Origin: Raillietiella orientalis | Lineage: Eukaryota | Direction of reading: 5' to 3' | Assembly: GCA_036172245.1 (NCBI GenBank) | Contig: JAYWIR010000003.1 | Span: forward strand, 6,882,001 to 6,946,000 | Length of the DNA: 64,000 bases | In this document: positions 51,267-64,000 of the stretch, piece by piece | How the letters are laid out: every line of letters starts with the position of its first letter | Numbering within the stretch: position 1 is the stretch's first letter | The notes under the pieces: model-generated | What the model saw: only the letters and a program-made list of their open reading frames with translations | Told to the model about the DNA's origin: nothing | Databases searched by the model: none | Made by a program: the position numbers and the translations under genes

Positions 51267-51863
51267 CCCCCCCCTCCCTCTGATTTGGTGCGAGCGTGGA
51301 CCGACGGAACGCGGAGTTTTTCTGCAGCCGGGGAAACGTACCGGGTAGCACGCGTGCGCACGGAAGCGTCGCGGCTTCTGAGCTGCTGCACGCGCAGGAC
51401 CGAGGAGTTTTTTCCGTTTTAGCACGACAGGGTTGCTGTTCTTTTCTTTCTTCCCTTTTTTTATTTTTTTTCTTTTTTTTTTAAAAAAAAAAAAAAAAAA
51501 AACGCGCGTGCAAAACAAAAATTCTTTTTGCACCTTTTGTTTCCTCCTCCTCCTCCAAGCCGTGCGAGGTGCCACTTTGCAGATAAATGCGTTCCACACA
51601 TGCACACCTTTTCAAACCTGCGATTCGCCTCCTTGGTGCACGCGCGTGCGCGCACCGCGGGCGACTTTTAGCACGCGAGTTCCGCGCGGGCTGCACGCGT
51701 TAGGCTTCGTGTGTGCTGACAGCATTGTTGCGGGGGGATCAGCTCGACCAATGAGGAGGAGCGTTTCGGCGTCGCATGCATGATGGCGGTAAACGAGCAG
51801 ATCTCCTACCCGGGGAAGAGGAGCCGGGGGGAGGGGGAGAAGAGAAAGTTCACGCGGCAGAGC

Positions 51864-51890
51864 AATAATAATAATAATAATAATAATAAT
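51864..51890. repeat. (AAT)9 microsatellite
   Basis: Direct reading. Confidence 0.95.
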
Positions 51891-53692
51891 TCTGAATTGG
51901 CGCTGAACTTTGAGAGCGCACCATCTCACGACGGATGGGCTCCGTGCAGCCCGGCCGTACGACGCTTCCTCGACGGTGGTTGCGCCGTGCGAATGCCTGC
52001 AAAAACCGCCGCTTGGAAGTTATTGCTGTAATCCGTTCCCGCGAAAGTCGCGGCAAATAGGGAGGGCGAGATGGAGAGAGAGAGAGGGAGGGAGGGAGAC
52101 GGGGAGGAGGGGGGGGGGGAGGAAAAGAAACAGCATTCAGAAACTGCAGTCATCAGTTCGTTCCAGGGTGGAGACAGATGGTCATTTTTTTTTTTTTTTT
52201 TTCCTTCTCCTGCTCCTCCTCATTGGGAAAACAATGTCGGAATTAATAGAGAGGTTCTGCTACAACGTTATGCGGATCGCTGCGAGTCGTCACGCATGCG
52301 CCGCCGTCCGCCCCACTCTTCGTGCGCTGTGACCGTGTGGTGTCTGAGCGCTCCCGCTGCCCACGTGAAATCAATATTTCGTTCTGCGTGCCCGAAGCTC
52401 GCAGTGGTGCCTTTCGCGAATGCGCAGAACACCGTACAACGCGGATTACCATGATAAACAGCGATGATCGATTCGGCCGTCTCGAGGAAAAGCCCTGCCT
52501 AAGTGGCGCGATGGTCGCCGCCGCCGCCGCCGCCGCGGCTCCCGGGCGATGGTGGCGCATCGCGTGCCATCTCGGGAAATCAAATCGTCGCGAGATCACG
52601 GAGGCGAGAAGGGCGCAGATTCCCAGTGAAAGTTGTAAGGCTTGCAGGTCCAATTATTCTCGCCGCCACCGTGATCATCATACCTGAGACCGAGGAATTC
52701 GGTTACTTGGGAGTTCTCCCCCCCCCCACTCCTCCTCCCCGCCTGCTGATCGTTTAGGGACCGTGAAGGTCCGCGGTGCTTGCGAGACGTGGGATGGTTT
52801 CTTTCCTCCGCAGCGCGTTTTTTTCCTCCTCTTTTCTTTGCAGCGTTTGATGGATGGGTGTGTTCCGGGAGATGGTGGTGTGTCCGCCACCTCCGTGTTG
52901 TAGCGCTCCCTGGGCGAGGGAGTCCTTTCGGTGAGGGGTGAGCGCCGCACCGTCCTTCGTCTCGGCCTCTTGCAGTTCTTGCAGCCGGGACGCTTTGCGG
53001 ACTCCTCCAAGCGGAACGCGCGATCTCGCATCCAGCGGGAGGCTGGGAAAACAAGCGGACTGGACCATCCTGCGTCTCCTGCTCCCTCGCTCGGGTGGCC
53101 CGTCCTCGTGAAGTCGGTCCGTCGGTCGCCGTCACGGGTCGCACAGGTCTCGGCGTGCACGGGCCAGCGGCGGCGCGCGACCGCCCACCGTCGTGCTACC
53201 GGAGGACGGATGGGCCCGCCCTGCCCCGGGTCGTCCCTCGGGTTACACGTCGGGCTGGGAACTCTCCTCGGGAAACTCTTGCGGGAGTTCTCTCTCCCCT
53301 CAGGCAACGGCCCGTCCGCCATTATTCGAATACGAGGAAGATTCGAAATACAAGGAGGGGAAGAACAAAGGGAGGAAGGATGCAGTTGCTTTTGTTCTCG
53401 GAGAGAACAAAAGCAGCTGATGTTGCGTGCGGGATGTGTTGACGTTTCCGCGGACGCTTCTGGCCGCGGGAAGGCACGTGCGGGGGGGAGAGGGGGGAGG
53501 AGTAGGAGGCCCTGCAGACGAAAAAACACCGTCGACGTCTCGTAGGAGTCGCCACCTTTCCGCAGCGCACCGCAGCCGCCCCCGAGCGACCGGCCGAGGT
53601 GTGGACGGCGCTGCTGGAGCGCCGAACGGACCGCGAGGGAGGAATCCGCGAGCGCGCGCGGAGCGGGCGGAAACACGTACACGAAGCACACG

Positions 53693-53693
53693 T

Positions 53694-53730
<37 letters not shown>
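53693..53730. repeat. Compound (CA)n(GA)n microsatellite
   Basis: Direct reading. Confidence 0.93.
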
Positions 53731-56260
53731 AAGGTTTGGTGTATGAATCCTGGAGACCGTTGCCCCTTCGGACATTCAGGGGGTTGCCAGTGGTTTCTTC
53801 GCGCCTTTGCACGTTTTCGGAACGTCCTGAACGGACGTCCCTTCCTAACGGGCAGACAGACCCGCAGGAGGAGTGGGCGTCGCCTCAGCGTCCCCGCGGG
53901 ATCGCATCACGGGATGATCCATCGGGATGTGCGCGCACTCCCGGCAGCGCGGTCTCCGCTCCGCTTCGCGCTTTTGGAGCTACCGTCCGTGCGTGCGGGA
54001 AGGATGTGCCTCCACCGCGTTCCCCCATTCCTGCCGAAGGGAGTGCGTCTGGATGACGGGGGAACCTTGATCGGACGCACGGGGTCAACGCGCTTGCGGT
54101 CGGTACCCACGCGCCCGGGAAATCCGAGCCTGTACCCTCGCCGGCCGGAGAAGCTGCGCGCCCGCCCCGTTCGGATTCCCGCCTGGGGAGGGGGAGGCAT
54201 TCGACGAAGCCCTCGGGATGTTCGCACGTGGTCGCGACAGCGCCGGCTTCCTCCCTCCGGAGGAGATCCGGCCAGCCCCGTTCCCGGGAAGCCGCCCAGG
54301 ATGCTATCAAGTCGGGAAGAAGACACACCTGGGATTGCCGCCCGGCCCCGTCCGGAGAGGACGGGCCGGAAACAGCGGAGGCGCGTCCACGTGCCCGAGG
54401 GCGGGGCGCGCGCGCCTGCTCCTCTTCCTCGAAAGGGTCCGGGGGCAGCTCGCCTGCCCGGTTCGACGCACCGCGGACTTTGTCTGTCTGCCACCCACCA
54501 CCCCCTGCCAGCGCCATCGTCGTCGCAGCAGCAGCAGTACGCAGCGTCCGCCCGATGGGGTCGGTCGCGCCGCCGCCTCCTTCCGGCTTCCCGGATCGCG
54601 AGACGCCGCCGTTCCCCGCCGCCCAGCAGAACCACCTGCTCCGCCTCGCGTGCTGCGGAGTCTTCCTCCTCCTCTTGTGGATCTCCTGCCGGCGCGCGTG
54701 TTTCATTCAGCGGGCTGCTCACGAGGCGCTTACGTTTCTTCCCGTTTACCCCTTGCGTCTGCTTTGCCGTCTTTGGCAACGCGCGCCGGGAGCGCGTCCG
54801 CCGCATGTGGCCCGGGAAAGTGAGCGCCACGTTGCCTTCCCCATGCCGGTAATGTTGTATGTGAATGTGCGTGTGTGCACGTGTGCGTGCGTGGAGGGGA
54901 CAGGCAGACAGAGGAAGGAAAGTCTTCCAGCGACTTTTGCCTTCCGATGTGGCTGCATGCGAAGGCTCTTCGGCGACGCAGAAACGCGCGCGGAAGGCCG
55001 CTTCGCCGTTCGGTCGCGCTTTCGGGCGCCGCCGTCGGCGATGAACTCCGGAACACACGAGGCAAACACGGCGCGGAACACACCGTGTTTGCCGGGTGCG
55101 TGCATTTGGCGAGCGACCACATGATTGACGATGCGCGTCGATCGGATGAACAACAACAACAACAAAAAAAAAAACAAAACATGAACGATCGCGCAACGCA
55201 CGTTGTTAAAAGTGCATTCTGGGAAGTTTCATTTTATCATTTACGTTATTACGTCACACGCACACACACCTTTCAGACACTCAATTATCCCTTGGTTATT
55301 AATCACATCCAGAGCATCCCTCGGCAGTTGCTCCATCTAATTAGGAAAGAAGTTTCCTAGCCGGGTGTACATCCACACACACACACACACACACACATAC
55401 ACACATGTACACACAGTTTGGTAATCTTCGCTGGAGGGGGGGGGGGGAGAAAGCTGCGTTTCTCGAATTATTTGTTCAAGGGGGAGCACAAAGAGCTTAG
55501 TCGACCGGACGGGAAAATGAAATTGCGAAACGTCTTTCGCACTCCGGCCAGGGGACGGTTGGTTCTGGTCGCGCCAGCTCTGCGCGCGCTTTTTCTCTGG
55601 ACAGTCCGTGCTGGCATCGAAGCAGCGGCGGCAGAAAAAATCATCTCCACGACTTTTTTTCTGCTTCCTGCGCAGGAACTCCTCGATCGCGCAGGGAGGA
55701 GGAGGAGGAGGAGGAGGAACGAGCATCTAGGAGACTCGTGGTCGACGGTTACTAGGAAGCGTCGCGCGAGCTGTACCCGGAGAGAGAGAGAGAGAAACGT
55801 TCGGTGCGAGTAGTTTTTCCCTCTTTTCTGTTGCTTAATCAACCGAGATAAGATCGCAATTATGCATCTGGCATCAAAAACTTCCTGACCTCAAAAGGGA
55901 GTCAACCCAGAACGAACTTTTCGCAGCAAATCTGATAACGCTTCCGACGGAAAGTTAATCTAGAATGACACACGGTAGATAAACCGGGAGGTGGTGAGGT
56001 AAACACGAAACTGTTCGCGTCGTGTTCCCTGTGACCGGAACGCCTCTTGCGTTGCTGCACTGCACCCCGTGGACAGAGAGGGGGAGGGAGATACGTACGT
56101 ACGACGGATGATGCGCGAGCATCAGATGCGGTGGCTGAACGCAACGGGAGTTTCTACGAAGGAGGGGGGGAAGCAGATCCGATGGTCCCGCCGGCGTCGC
56201 GCGGGGAGCAGGCACAGTACGTGCAACTAACTCCTCACGCACGAAGCGCTCACGGAAGCC

Positions 56261-56514
56261 GCAACAATGCATCGGGCCACCCGGTCACCGTCCCCAAGGT
56301 GACTCGAGTCGCAACAATGCATCGATCGGGCCACCCGGTCACCGTTCCCAAGGTGACTCGAGTTGCAACAATGCTTTGATCGGGCCACCCGGTCACCGTT
56401 CCCAAGGTGACTCGAGTCGCAACAATGCATAGATCGAGCCACCCGGTCACCGTCCCCAAGGTGACTCGAGTCGCAACAATGCATCGATCGGGCCACCCGG
56501 TCACCGTACCCAGG
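56261..56514. repeat. 54-bp minisatellite, about 4.8 copies
   Basis: Units start at 56261, 56311, 56365, 56419 and 56473. Consensus gcaacaatgcatcgatcgggccacccggtcaccgtycccaaggtgactcgagtc. Confidence 0.97.
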
Positions 56515-56899
56515 ATGGCGTTCCGCGGTCGAAACGTTTCCATAATCGGCCGGAAAGATGCGCTGCAAAGGAAAGCGGAAAGACCAGGCGCGCGCGTTTC
56601 TCTCTTTTCCTTTTTTTGCGGCGCAGGTTCACTTGGAAATTTCATGCACAAATAATCCCCGGATGGCTGCAGTCGCCGTCGCTTTATGGACTCATTTCTG
56701 GGTCGGGACGAATTCATTCATCATTTGCGTTATCGTGATGCTTCCCACCAGACTCGGGAATAAATCAGGCAGCAGGGAAAAAGCTGGTGAGGATGAACAG
56801 CGGACGGCGCTTGATGTGTTTTTGCGTCGTCAACTTTGCAAATATTTCGCTCTCTCCGAGTTCGAGGGTGCCAGTCTTTCGGTCCCGCGCCTTTGAGGT

Positions 56900-57480
56900 G
56901 ACACTGCTGTTTCGAAGGCCAGCCCCGTACGCACAGAGATTTTCCGTCTGTTTGGCTAGCGATTTCCTTTCCCCATCCGTCCGTTGTGGTCGGCTTCACA
57001 GTTTTGCTCCTTGGATCTTCGAGATTACTTTCCCTTTTCGCTTCTCTAAAATGTTCAGCCGAAAACCGGACGTTCGCTCGCTCACCAGGGGCTGCCATAA
57101 GAGGACATCGTTGAAGTTTGGGGGTGGTGCTCGCGTTCGGCGGGGTCGTGAGCGTCAGGTCCAGGTTTGCACCGCCGTACAGCCCCAGACTCCTATGCTG
57201 CGGAGTCGCTTCTTTCGTTTCCCGCTGTTTCGTCGAGTTCTTCTCACACTGCTCGAATTCAGTTGCGGCATGGCAGGCCGCGGTCGCGAAAGTCGGCGAC
57301 GTCCTGAGAGACATCTCTTGAATTCCATGGCCTAAATACATTCCCAATTAACAGAACTGCAGATTCCACTGATGATCACTGCCCAAGTATTCGCTCCATC
57401 ATGCCAGCATTGTGCCGCCCTCAGCCAAATAAATCCGATTATGCAAAAGTTGCAGCGAACCAGTCCTTTCTGATTAGCAA
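56900..57480 (-). mobile_element. Decayed CR1/jockey-like RT C-terminal fragment
   Basis: MYLGHGIQEMSLRTSPTFATAACHAA...LGLY resembles KYLGVxIDxxLxFxxH...KA...LY. Confidence 0.3.
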
Positions 57481-58674
57481 TTAGATGTTTGGAATTTCTT
57501 TTCTTAAAATCCTGGGAAAGCTCGTGGTTGAACAGCGACGGTTCTTTTCTGCCTTTGTAGTTGTGCTCTGTGACGAGTCTGCTTGGTAAACGTACAATGA
57601 AATGATCGCAGACCCACCATCGTGATCGTTAAGGAATCTGGAGATCACACCAAATGTACGTTTTCAAGTTTCCTTTTTTTTTCTTTCTTTCTTTTTTTTG
57701 AGAAACGTTCTCCACAAATATTTGATATAATTCGACAAAACTAGAGACCATTAATCACTTTATAATCATAGAATACCATCATTTGCGTGTCCGTTGCCTC
57801 GCCATCAACGGTAATTCTCAGTCTGACTTCCCAAGAGTTTTGCATCCTTAATTTTTAGTTTTGGAATTGATCTTTAACCTTGCCAGCCGAAGAAATGTTG
57901 GGTTCCGAAAAGTTTTTTGTTTTTTTCTTTCAAAAAAAAATAACGATAATAATTATTATTTATTATTGGATTCGTTTTGGTATTTATTCGCACGGTTTCG
58001 TAGAGCCTTCTTTCACTTTTCGAAACAGTTGCCATGACTGCTGCTGCAGCTCGGAGAACGCTCCCCAAAGCAACGGCTTCCTCACCGGGTTCCTGTAACC
58101 ATGTGTTTCCGATGGCTAATTTTAATGATATCCATAAAGGCATCGAAAATAAAATTCGAATTTAATAAAACGCAGTCCACATCGGCCTTGCAAAATTGAA
58201 TGCACCTGCAGGCTCATTTCTAGATAATCATCAAAGTGTGCCGAATTACTATTCGGATACGTTTTCATCTGATCTGTTTGATTGCGCAATTAAATCTTCC
58301 ATTAAGTTTCCTGAAAGATCAATACGCATTCTTTCCCTTCAGAGAATTCAAACCTCCAAACCTCTATTGGATTTCATGGATTCGGTTGGGGCTCGAGTGA
58401 CACCGTTTGGAGGTGGTGGCTGCGCCCGGAATGAAAAGATCGCGCTGCTCCTCGGGCTTGGCACACAAATCTCTCCTTGTAAATTAACCTGGAAGTTCTT
58501 AAAAACCACTGTGGAGGAGGAAGATAAATTCTGAAGTTTATCCCCCTCCGATACACAAGAGGCTGTTGGGAAGAGGCTGTTCCAGAGGTTTTCCGTTGCT
58601 CTCTGTTTGGAGCCAGCATCTCGCTCGATAAGATGAAAATCTTTCCGATGGCAACCAACACTTTGGGTTTTTTT

Positions 58675-58704
58675 CTTCTTCTTCTTCTTCTTCTTCTTCT
58701 TCTT
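58675..58704. repeat. (CTT)10 microsatellite
   Basis: Direct reading. Confidence 0.95.
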
Positions 58705-59849
58705 CCTCCCCCCCCCCTCCCCCTCCATTTTTGAATTATACTGTCACTGTTCTTCTTAACTTCCTGCTTTTTGTTTGGGTTTCTCTTGATTTTCGAGTTC
58801 TTCCTGCAGTTGTAAAAGTTTTCTTGCATGTTTGTGCAATGCGTTGGATGCTGCTGGAGTTTATTTTACGAAATATTACCCGACTGCCGGCAGTCGGCGC
58901 AAAAAAAAAAAAAAAAATGCTTTATGTAATCTGTTTTTTTTTTTTCTTAAACAAAATTGCAGATCCCCGTAAACCATTCAAGATGTTCCTATTCTTCAGG
59001 CGTTCCCCCTTGAAATTTTTTTTTCAAGTATGAAGAACGTAGTGAAGATCATGGTGTTCTTTTTTTTTTTTTCTTCATAAAGCTTGCACATTTGTGAATT
59101 ATTAAAACTCATTATAATTTTGTTCACATCTCGTTTTGTTTTAAGGACACTTTACAGCCTCACTTCAAGGCAATTCGGTTTTCCTAGCAAGTTTTCAGAA
59201 ACAGGAAAACAAACAGGAAAAGGGAAAAAAAAAAAAAAAAGAGCAAAGGTCACTAACTGAACAAAAGAAATCACACAAGATTCCAAGTCTTATTAGGAAT
59301 AAGTTCGAAGTTTTGCATGAACAGAAAAAGAAAAAAAAAAAAAGCATCGTGAAACACAGGTGTCTGTGACTTATTTGCAGCTCGCTTTCCTGACTTTTTG
59401 ATAAAAGTTTTTTTTTTTTTCCATATGCAGAGAGGAAGAAAAGTAACATTTCTTAAAGAAATTGAGATGAATCCACAACGACTGCATTCCAAACAACTCT
59501 TGTCACACTTGACTTGACTGATGTATCTATTTATTTATTTTAATATGTAAAAATCGAATGCTGAGAGCTGCATAGCCTGAACCAGCACACTAAGCGTTTC
59601 GGCAAACTAATGGGAAAACGTTGGTAGGTGGCAAAAACCACAGCATTTGCTCATTCATGCCAAGTGCAGGGCAGACTCGAAACAAAACAACACCCCCCTC
59701 TTCCTCCTCCAGAGTAACACGGCACCCATCTCTCTTCACTTGCATAGTATTACTATTTGTAGACAAAAGCAACTCCAGCACGGTATTTGCTTCTGCTCCT
59801 GATAACGAGGCAAACACTTTCAAAAAATGCATTTCTTTCTTTCAGTGAT

Positions 59850-60240
59850 ACAACCATCCGATCGAGATGCATCATGCATGCACGAAAAGTTGCATAAACA
59901 AGGTAGCCCAGGCACCGACGGTGTCCAGGTGACCAGAAATGCAGCTTGCACCACAGAAATGGAGAGGACAGCTTGCACCACAGACTGTGGAAAAGCTGGT
60001 GTTCCATGGAAGTGGCCAGCGCAACCCGAGGAAACAACACTGGAAGAACTCGAAAAACAAAACAAAACAAACCGGTCGGCTCTGCGGAAAAAATCTTCGA
60101 CCGAGGCAGGAATCGCAAGATGAAAAGCAGGATTGGAATGGAGAGCTTTTTCTCCTGTAAAAATGGAAGGAAGCGTTCAACACTTTATCCTGTGTGTGCG
60201 TACGAAATGAAAGGAACAATTTGGCAGAGTGGGGTATTTT
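59850..60240 (+). mobile_element. Decayed LINE RT N-terminal fragment (CR1/RTE-like)
   Basis: QGSPGTDGV (KxPGPDGI), CGKAGVPWKW (GxVPxxWK), FSCKNGRKRST (GFRxGRST). Confidence 0.4.
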
Positions 60241-63200
60241 GAAGCTCCCGGATGGCAAACCGAAGCAGGCCCGGGACTCGCAGTCACAATGCCGAGTGAT
60301 GATAAATCCAGACTTTGTAGGCCATCATCATGATGACATGACGTGAAGAAATCAGAAAACGAGGAACTCGAATTTGTCAAAGCAAAGAAGCTTGTAATGC
60401 AGCAGTTGTTATCAAACGGAATGCATCATCATCATCATGAATTTAAAGCACACGATGTGCTCCAGCAATTATGTGCGATCGAGTTTTTATCCGATGAATT
60501 TCATTAGGATGCTAATTAGTGTAATTGTAGTAGGCTTCCACTTTGGCGAAAATAAATTCGATAAAGAAGGAAAACTCGAAACAACATTTTGCGAACAAAG
60601 AGAAACTCGAGTTTACAAAAAGGGGGGGGAAAAAAAAAAAAAAGGAAAAAAAAGGAGGAGGAGGGGGGGGTAACATTGGACGAATGTCTTCCCGAGAGTT
60701 GGAATTTTCGAAGCTTCCTCCAGTGACGATGCTATTATTTTATAAAATATTAAGAAAGAAAATAGCTCCACTGAAATGAAAAAGGCACAGGTAGTTTATT
60801 CTTTTTTTTTTTTTTTTATTTCCTTTGGGTGGGTGGGTGGGGGGGATCCGTTTTCGGAAAAATAATGGAGCGACTACGAAAAAACGGTCGAAACGTTTGT
60901 TTTGCCCTGCATCCACCGAAATAGCCGTTTCATCTAAGCAAAAAGATGCACCGTGCCGTGTCGCCTGGAAACGTTGCCACCAGGGCCCAGGCAGGCAAAT
61001 CCAGTGTTTTTCTCCACGGGAGGAAAAAAAGGAAAAAAAAAAAAAAAGGAAAAAAAAAAAAATACCTGCACACACGAGAGCGTACACGTACGCCAAACTA
61101 GCGGATAATAGGCACACACAAAATACCATTTTGAATGCGTTGTATATCTAATATGGCGTTTCCAAAAATCCCGCTCTAATAAAAATGCGGTTAATAGTTG
61201 CTGCTTCCTTGGTTTTGTGTATGCAATTATGTTCTTAAGATGTGATACGACGAGTGTGTCAAAGTAATGATGTGTAACCTTTGTTCCCTTGAGTGTTAAC
61301 TCTTCGAATCATGTAAGTTTTCCTGAAATCATCTAGGGTATGTAAAACACTTAAACGTTATTTCGCATGCAATGCGTCGGTTTTGTGTTGTGTTGTGTTG
61401 TGTTGTGTGTGTGTGTGTTTTTCCCCAACCCGTGTCATACATAAATCTATATCTGTTTCACCAGTGTTGCTGCATACAAATTTCGTGTGCTCGTGTTGTT
61501 TATAACATTCCCGAGATGCGTAAATCTGTTTATTTTACAAAGTTTCGATTTCGGTGAACCGAGAATCAATACGGTGATCAATTCGTAATTATCGAAATGC
61601 AGATGCAATTAGTGTTAAGATGTTGTGCAATACGTGAAGTTTGATTGAAGGGAGACGAAAAAAAAAAAAAATATCCAGTCGAAAATGTTCTCGAGATTTA
61701 ACTTTGCCATATTGCAAACACCGAGTGGAAAACGAAAGCCCGTGTGCTCTTGGAAGGAAAACGCTCTTTATATTTAATCTAGAAAACGCGTGTGTCGTTT
61801 TTCCCGGATTTTTATTTCACGAAGTGTGTATTTACAGCCGGTTTCCGTGAAGTTTTAAACTTCATGGAAAGTTGTGTGCTTCGTAAAGAGTTACATATTG
61901 CAAGGGATGCAGCCAAAAATTTGAAATGCTTGTTTCCTTGCATTTGAAATTTCACGTTCCTGGGAACCGATTACAAACAAAAGTATGAAATTCTTTAGTG
62001 AATCGTTGGTGTGCACAAAACTGCACCGTCCTCTGTTTCCTTTCCTACGTGGAAAATGTAAACTATGCATACGGTGATGTAAAATATGTGTTGAGCCGAT
62101 AATTTTCGTATCTCATCCTTTAAAACTTTTGCAATTGGAGGTAGAGAGATGAAACAAGCAAACAAACTGTAAATTGTTTTGCGTATGTAACTGTTTCTCA
62201 GATTTTTGAACTATATAATATCAATTTGGAATGCTTCAATTTAAATGCTGCATTGCCCACGCTACCAGGAAAATTTTTTTCCGTACCATTTTGAAATTTA
62301 TCAGGAGAGCAAAAAACAAACAAAAAAAAAACGAAATCCGATTCATAATAGTAAAAGTATTTATTATTATGAGTCAGATTCAAAAACTAGAACATTATGT
62401 TAATTCAAATTTATCATGCCAATGATGGTTTCAGCCAAGAGATATATGAGGTATAAAAAAAAAAAAAAAGTCGAAAGGAATAATAAAATCAAAGATTGAA
62501 TGTGTTCCGTAAGAGATATTCGTTTGAGATTTTTTGTTGTGGTAGTATGTAGTGATGTTTGTGTGTGTCATAAGTTTGTTACCTGTTATAAAATATTAAT
62601 TTCATATTTAGGTAAATTTTTGAATCTGTCACTGAACAGTAATATCAGACAAAGGAACCAGAAAGCTGATTAGGTGCATTCAGTTTTTGTTTCCTTTAGA
62701 GTAAAATCATTTATCTCAGATTGTGGAGTATCATGAATGTTCATGGAATGCAAAATGAATAGGTGACTTTTCAGTCTTCTAGTAAGTATGCTGCTTGTGC
62801 CTTGAGTTGAATTGTTGAGGGGTAAATGTTTTTGGTGTAAAGTGTGTGGAGTATGTAAGGCTGAGCATGTGATACCGATTGAGTATTCTTATTCAGTAGA
62901 ATTTGCTACCCCATGAGACTGAGTTTCTGCCTTATTTCACAATCAAGAGTAACACGTAAAGAAAAAATAGCTAGAAAATAAGAAAAGAAAGAAAAAAATT
63001 ATTGAAAATTGCATATGAGTATTTTGATTAATTGAATGGAATTGTTTTAGAGTGCGTGCATAGTAATGATCCTGTGTTTCTTCAAGTAATCTGTTTACTC
63101 AATTTGAAATGCATGCTTCTTTTAATTTCTCCCAACTACACTTTGAATTGAGAAGTGCATGTGTGTCATGTAGATGAAGAATCTTATGTGTGCATTATGA

Positions 63201-64000
63201 GAAATCTAATTTGCAGGAGCTGCTGTAATTTAGGATTTGCAACTATTTGAAATGTGTAGAAGGGAAGTATTCACTGAATATGAGCAACGTTTGATAATTG
63301 CTGTTTTCGTTATGTATTTAATGTATTATTTAAGGAGGTTTGATGTTGATGTGGAAATCTCAACCTATTTCAATTTCAAATTAAGTAGATTGGGGTACTC
63401 AAAAGGCACAATTCATTCCAGTATTTTCATCAGTGTTGAATTATATGGTGAAGCTTAAGAAATTCACACAGTTTTGTAGATGAAACTGATGTGCACTTCC
63501 TTTGAATTGGCACATTTTGATGCAAGGCTGTATTGAGTTTAAAGGGAATGGAAGGGTATTGGTGTTTTTTTCAGTGGAAACAGTTCATTTCTGAATTTGC
63601 AAGATTAGAAGCCAGTGTCTGTATCTTTAGGTCTAAGTGAAGTATTAAATTTGAATTCAGCATTAGTAGAAAATCTGTTTGGCTTGTGCTAGCAAATGCA
63701 GTCAGCAGAGGATTGGATGTAGATTTGAAGTATAGACAATCCCTGGCTTAGAGGTATCATTACTTCTAAGCTAGAAACTGGCTTAGAAGTGATATGTAAT
63801 TAATCAGTTTCTTAAGAAAACCTTCATGTAAAATGAGAAAAGTGATAAGGTGCCATTTAGCTTTCTGAGTACTCATCTTTGATTCCTATATAGCTTCCAA
63901 AGTTATACCTTACATGGAGTACCTTTTCTTTATGGCTGTTACATTTTTATTTCTAGGTGAGTTTAACCATGGTTTTAGGGATTTTTTTTTCTGAAGTCAT

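Noticed and set aside
56261..56514. CRISPR-like array
   Set aside because: Contiguous repeats with no unique spacers, no cas genes, and eukaryotic context.

Overview
Eukaryotic (animal, possibly arthropod) genomic DNA, not prokaryotic. One host gene can be reconstructed: an 8-exon, minus-strand cyclic-nucleotide-binding-domain protein (CNBD2-like) at 1349-7226. All seven introns are GT-AG, the phases close, and the CDS is 2154 nt (717 aa). The remaining ~57 kb has no recognisable host CDS. It is a GC- and CpG-rich graveyard of heavily decayed non-LTR retrotransposons (mostly L1/Tx1-like endonuclease, RT and zinc-knuckle remnants, plus some CR1/jockey/I-like and RNase H-like ones), with microsatellites and homopolymer runs, grading into AT-rich, CpG-poor DNA in the last few kb. 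Most six-frame ORFs are GC-driven noise. Most notable structures: a perfect 27-bp hairpin just past the CNBD stop codon, three stop-free 3n introns, a 74-bp inverted-repeat pair bracketing 1.5 kb, a ~300-bp inverted duplication, a 54-bp palindrome-rich minisatellite, and a candidate recursive splice site at the right edge. TE calls rest on by-eye motif recognition with approximate boundaries; no searches were run. I found no clear evidence of a wholly new multi-gene system.
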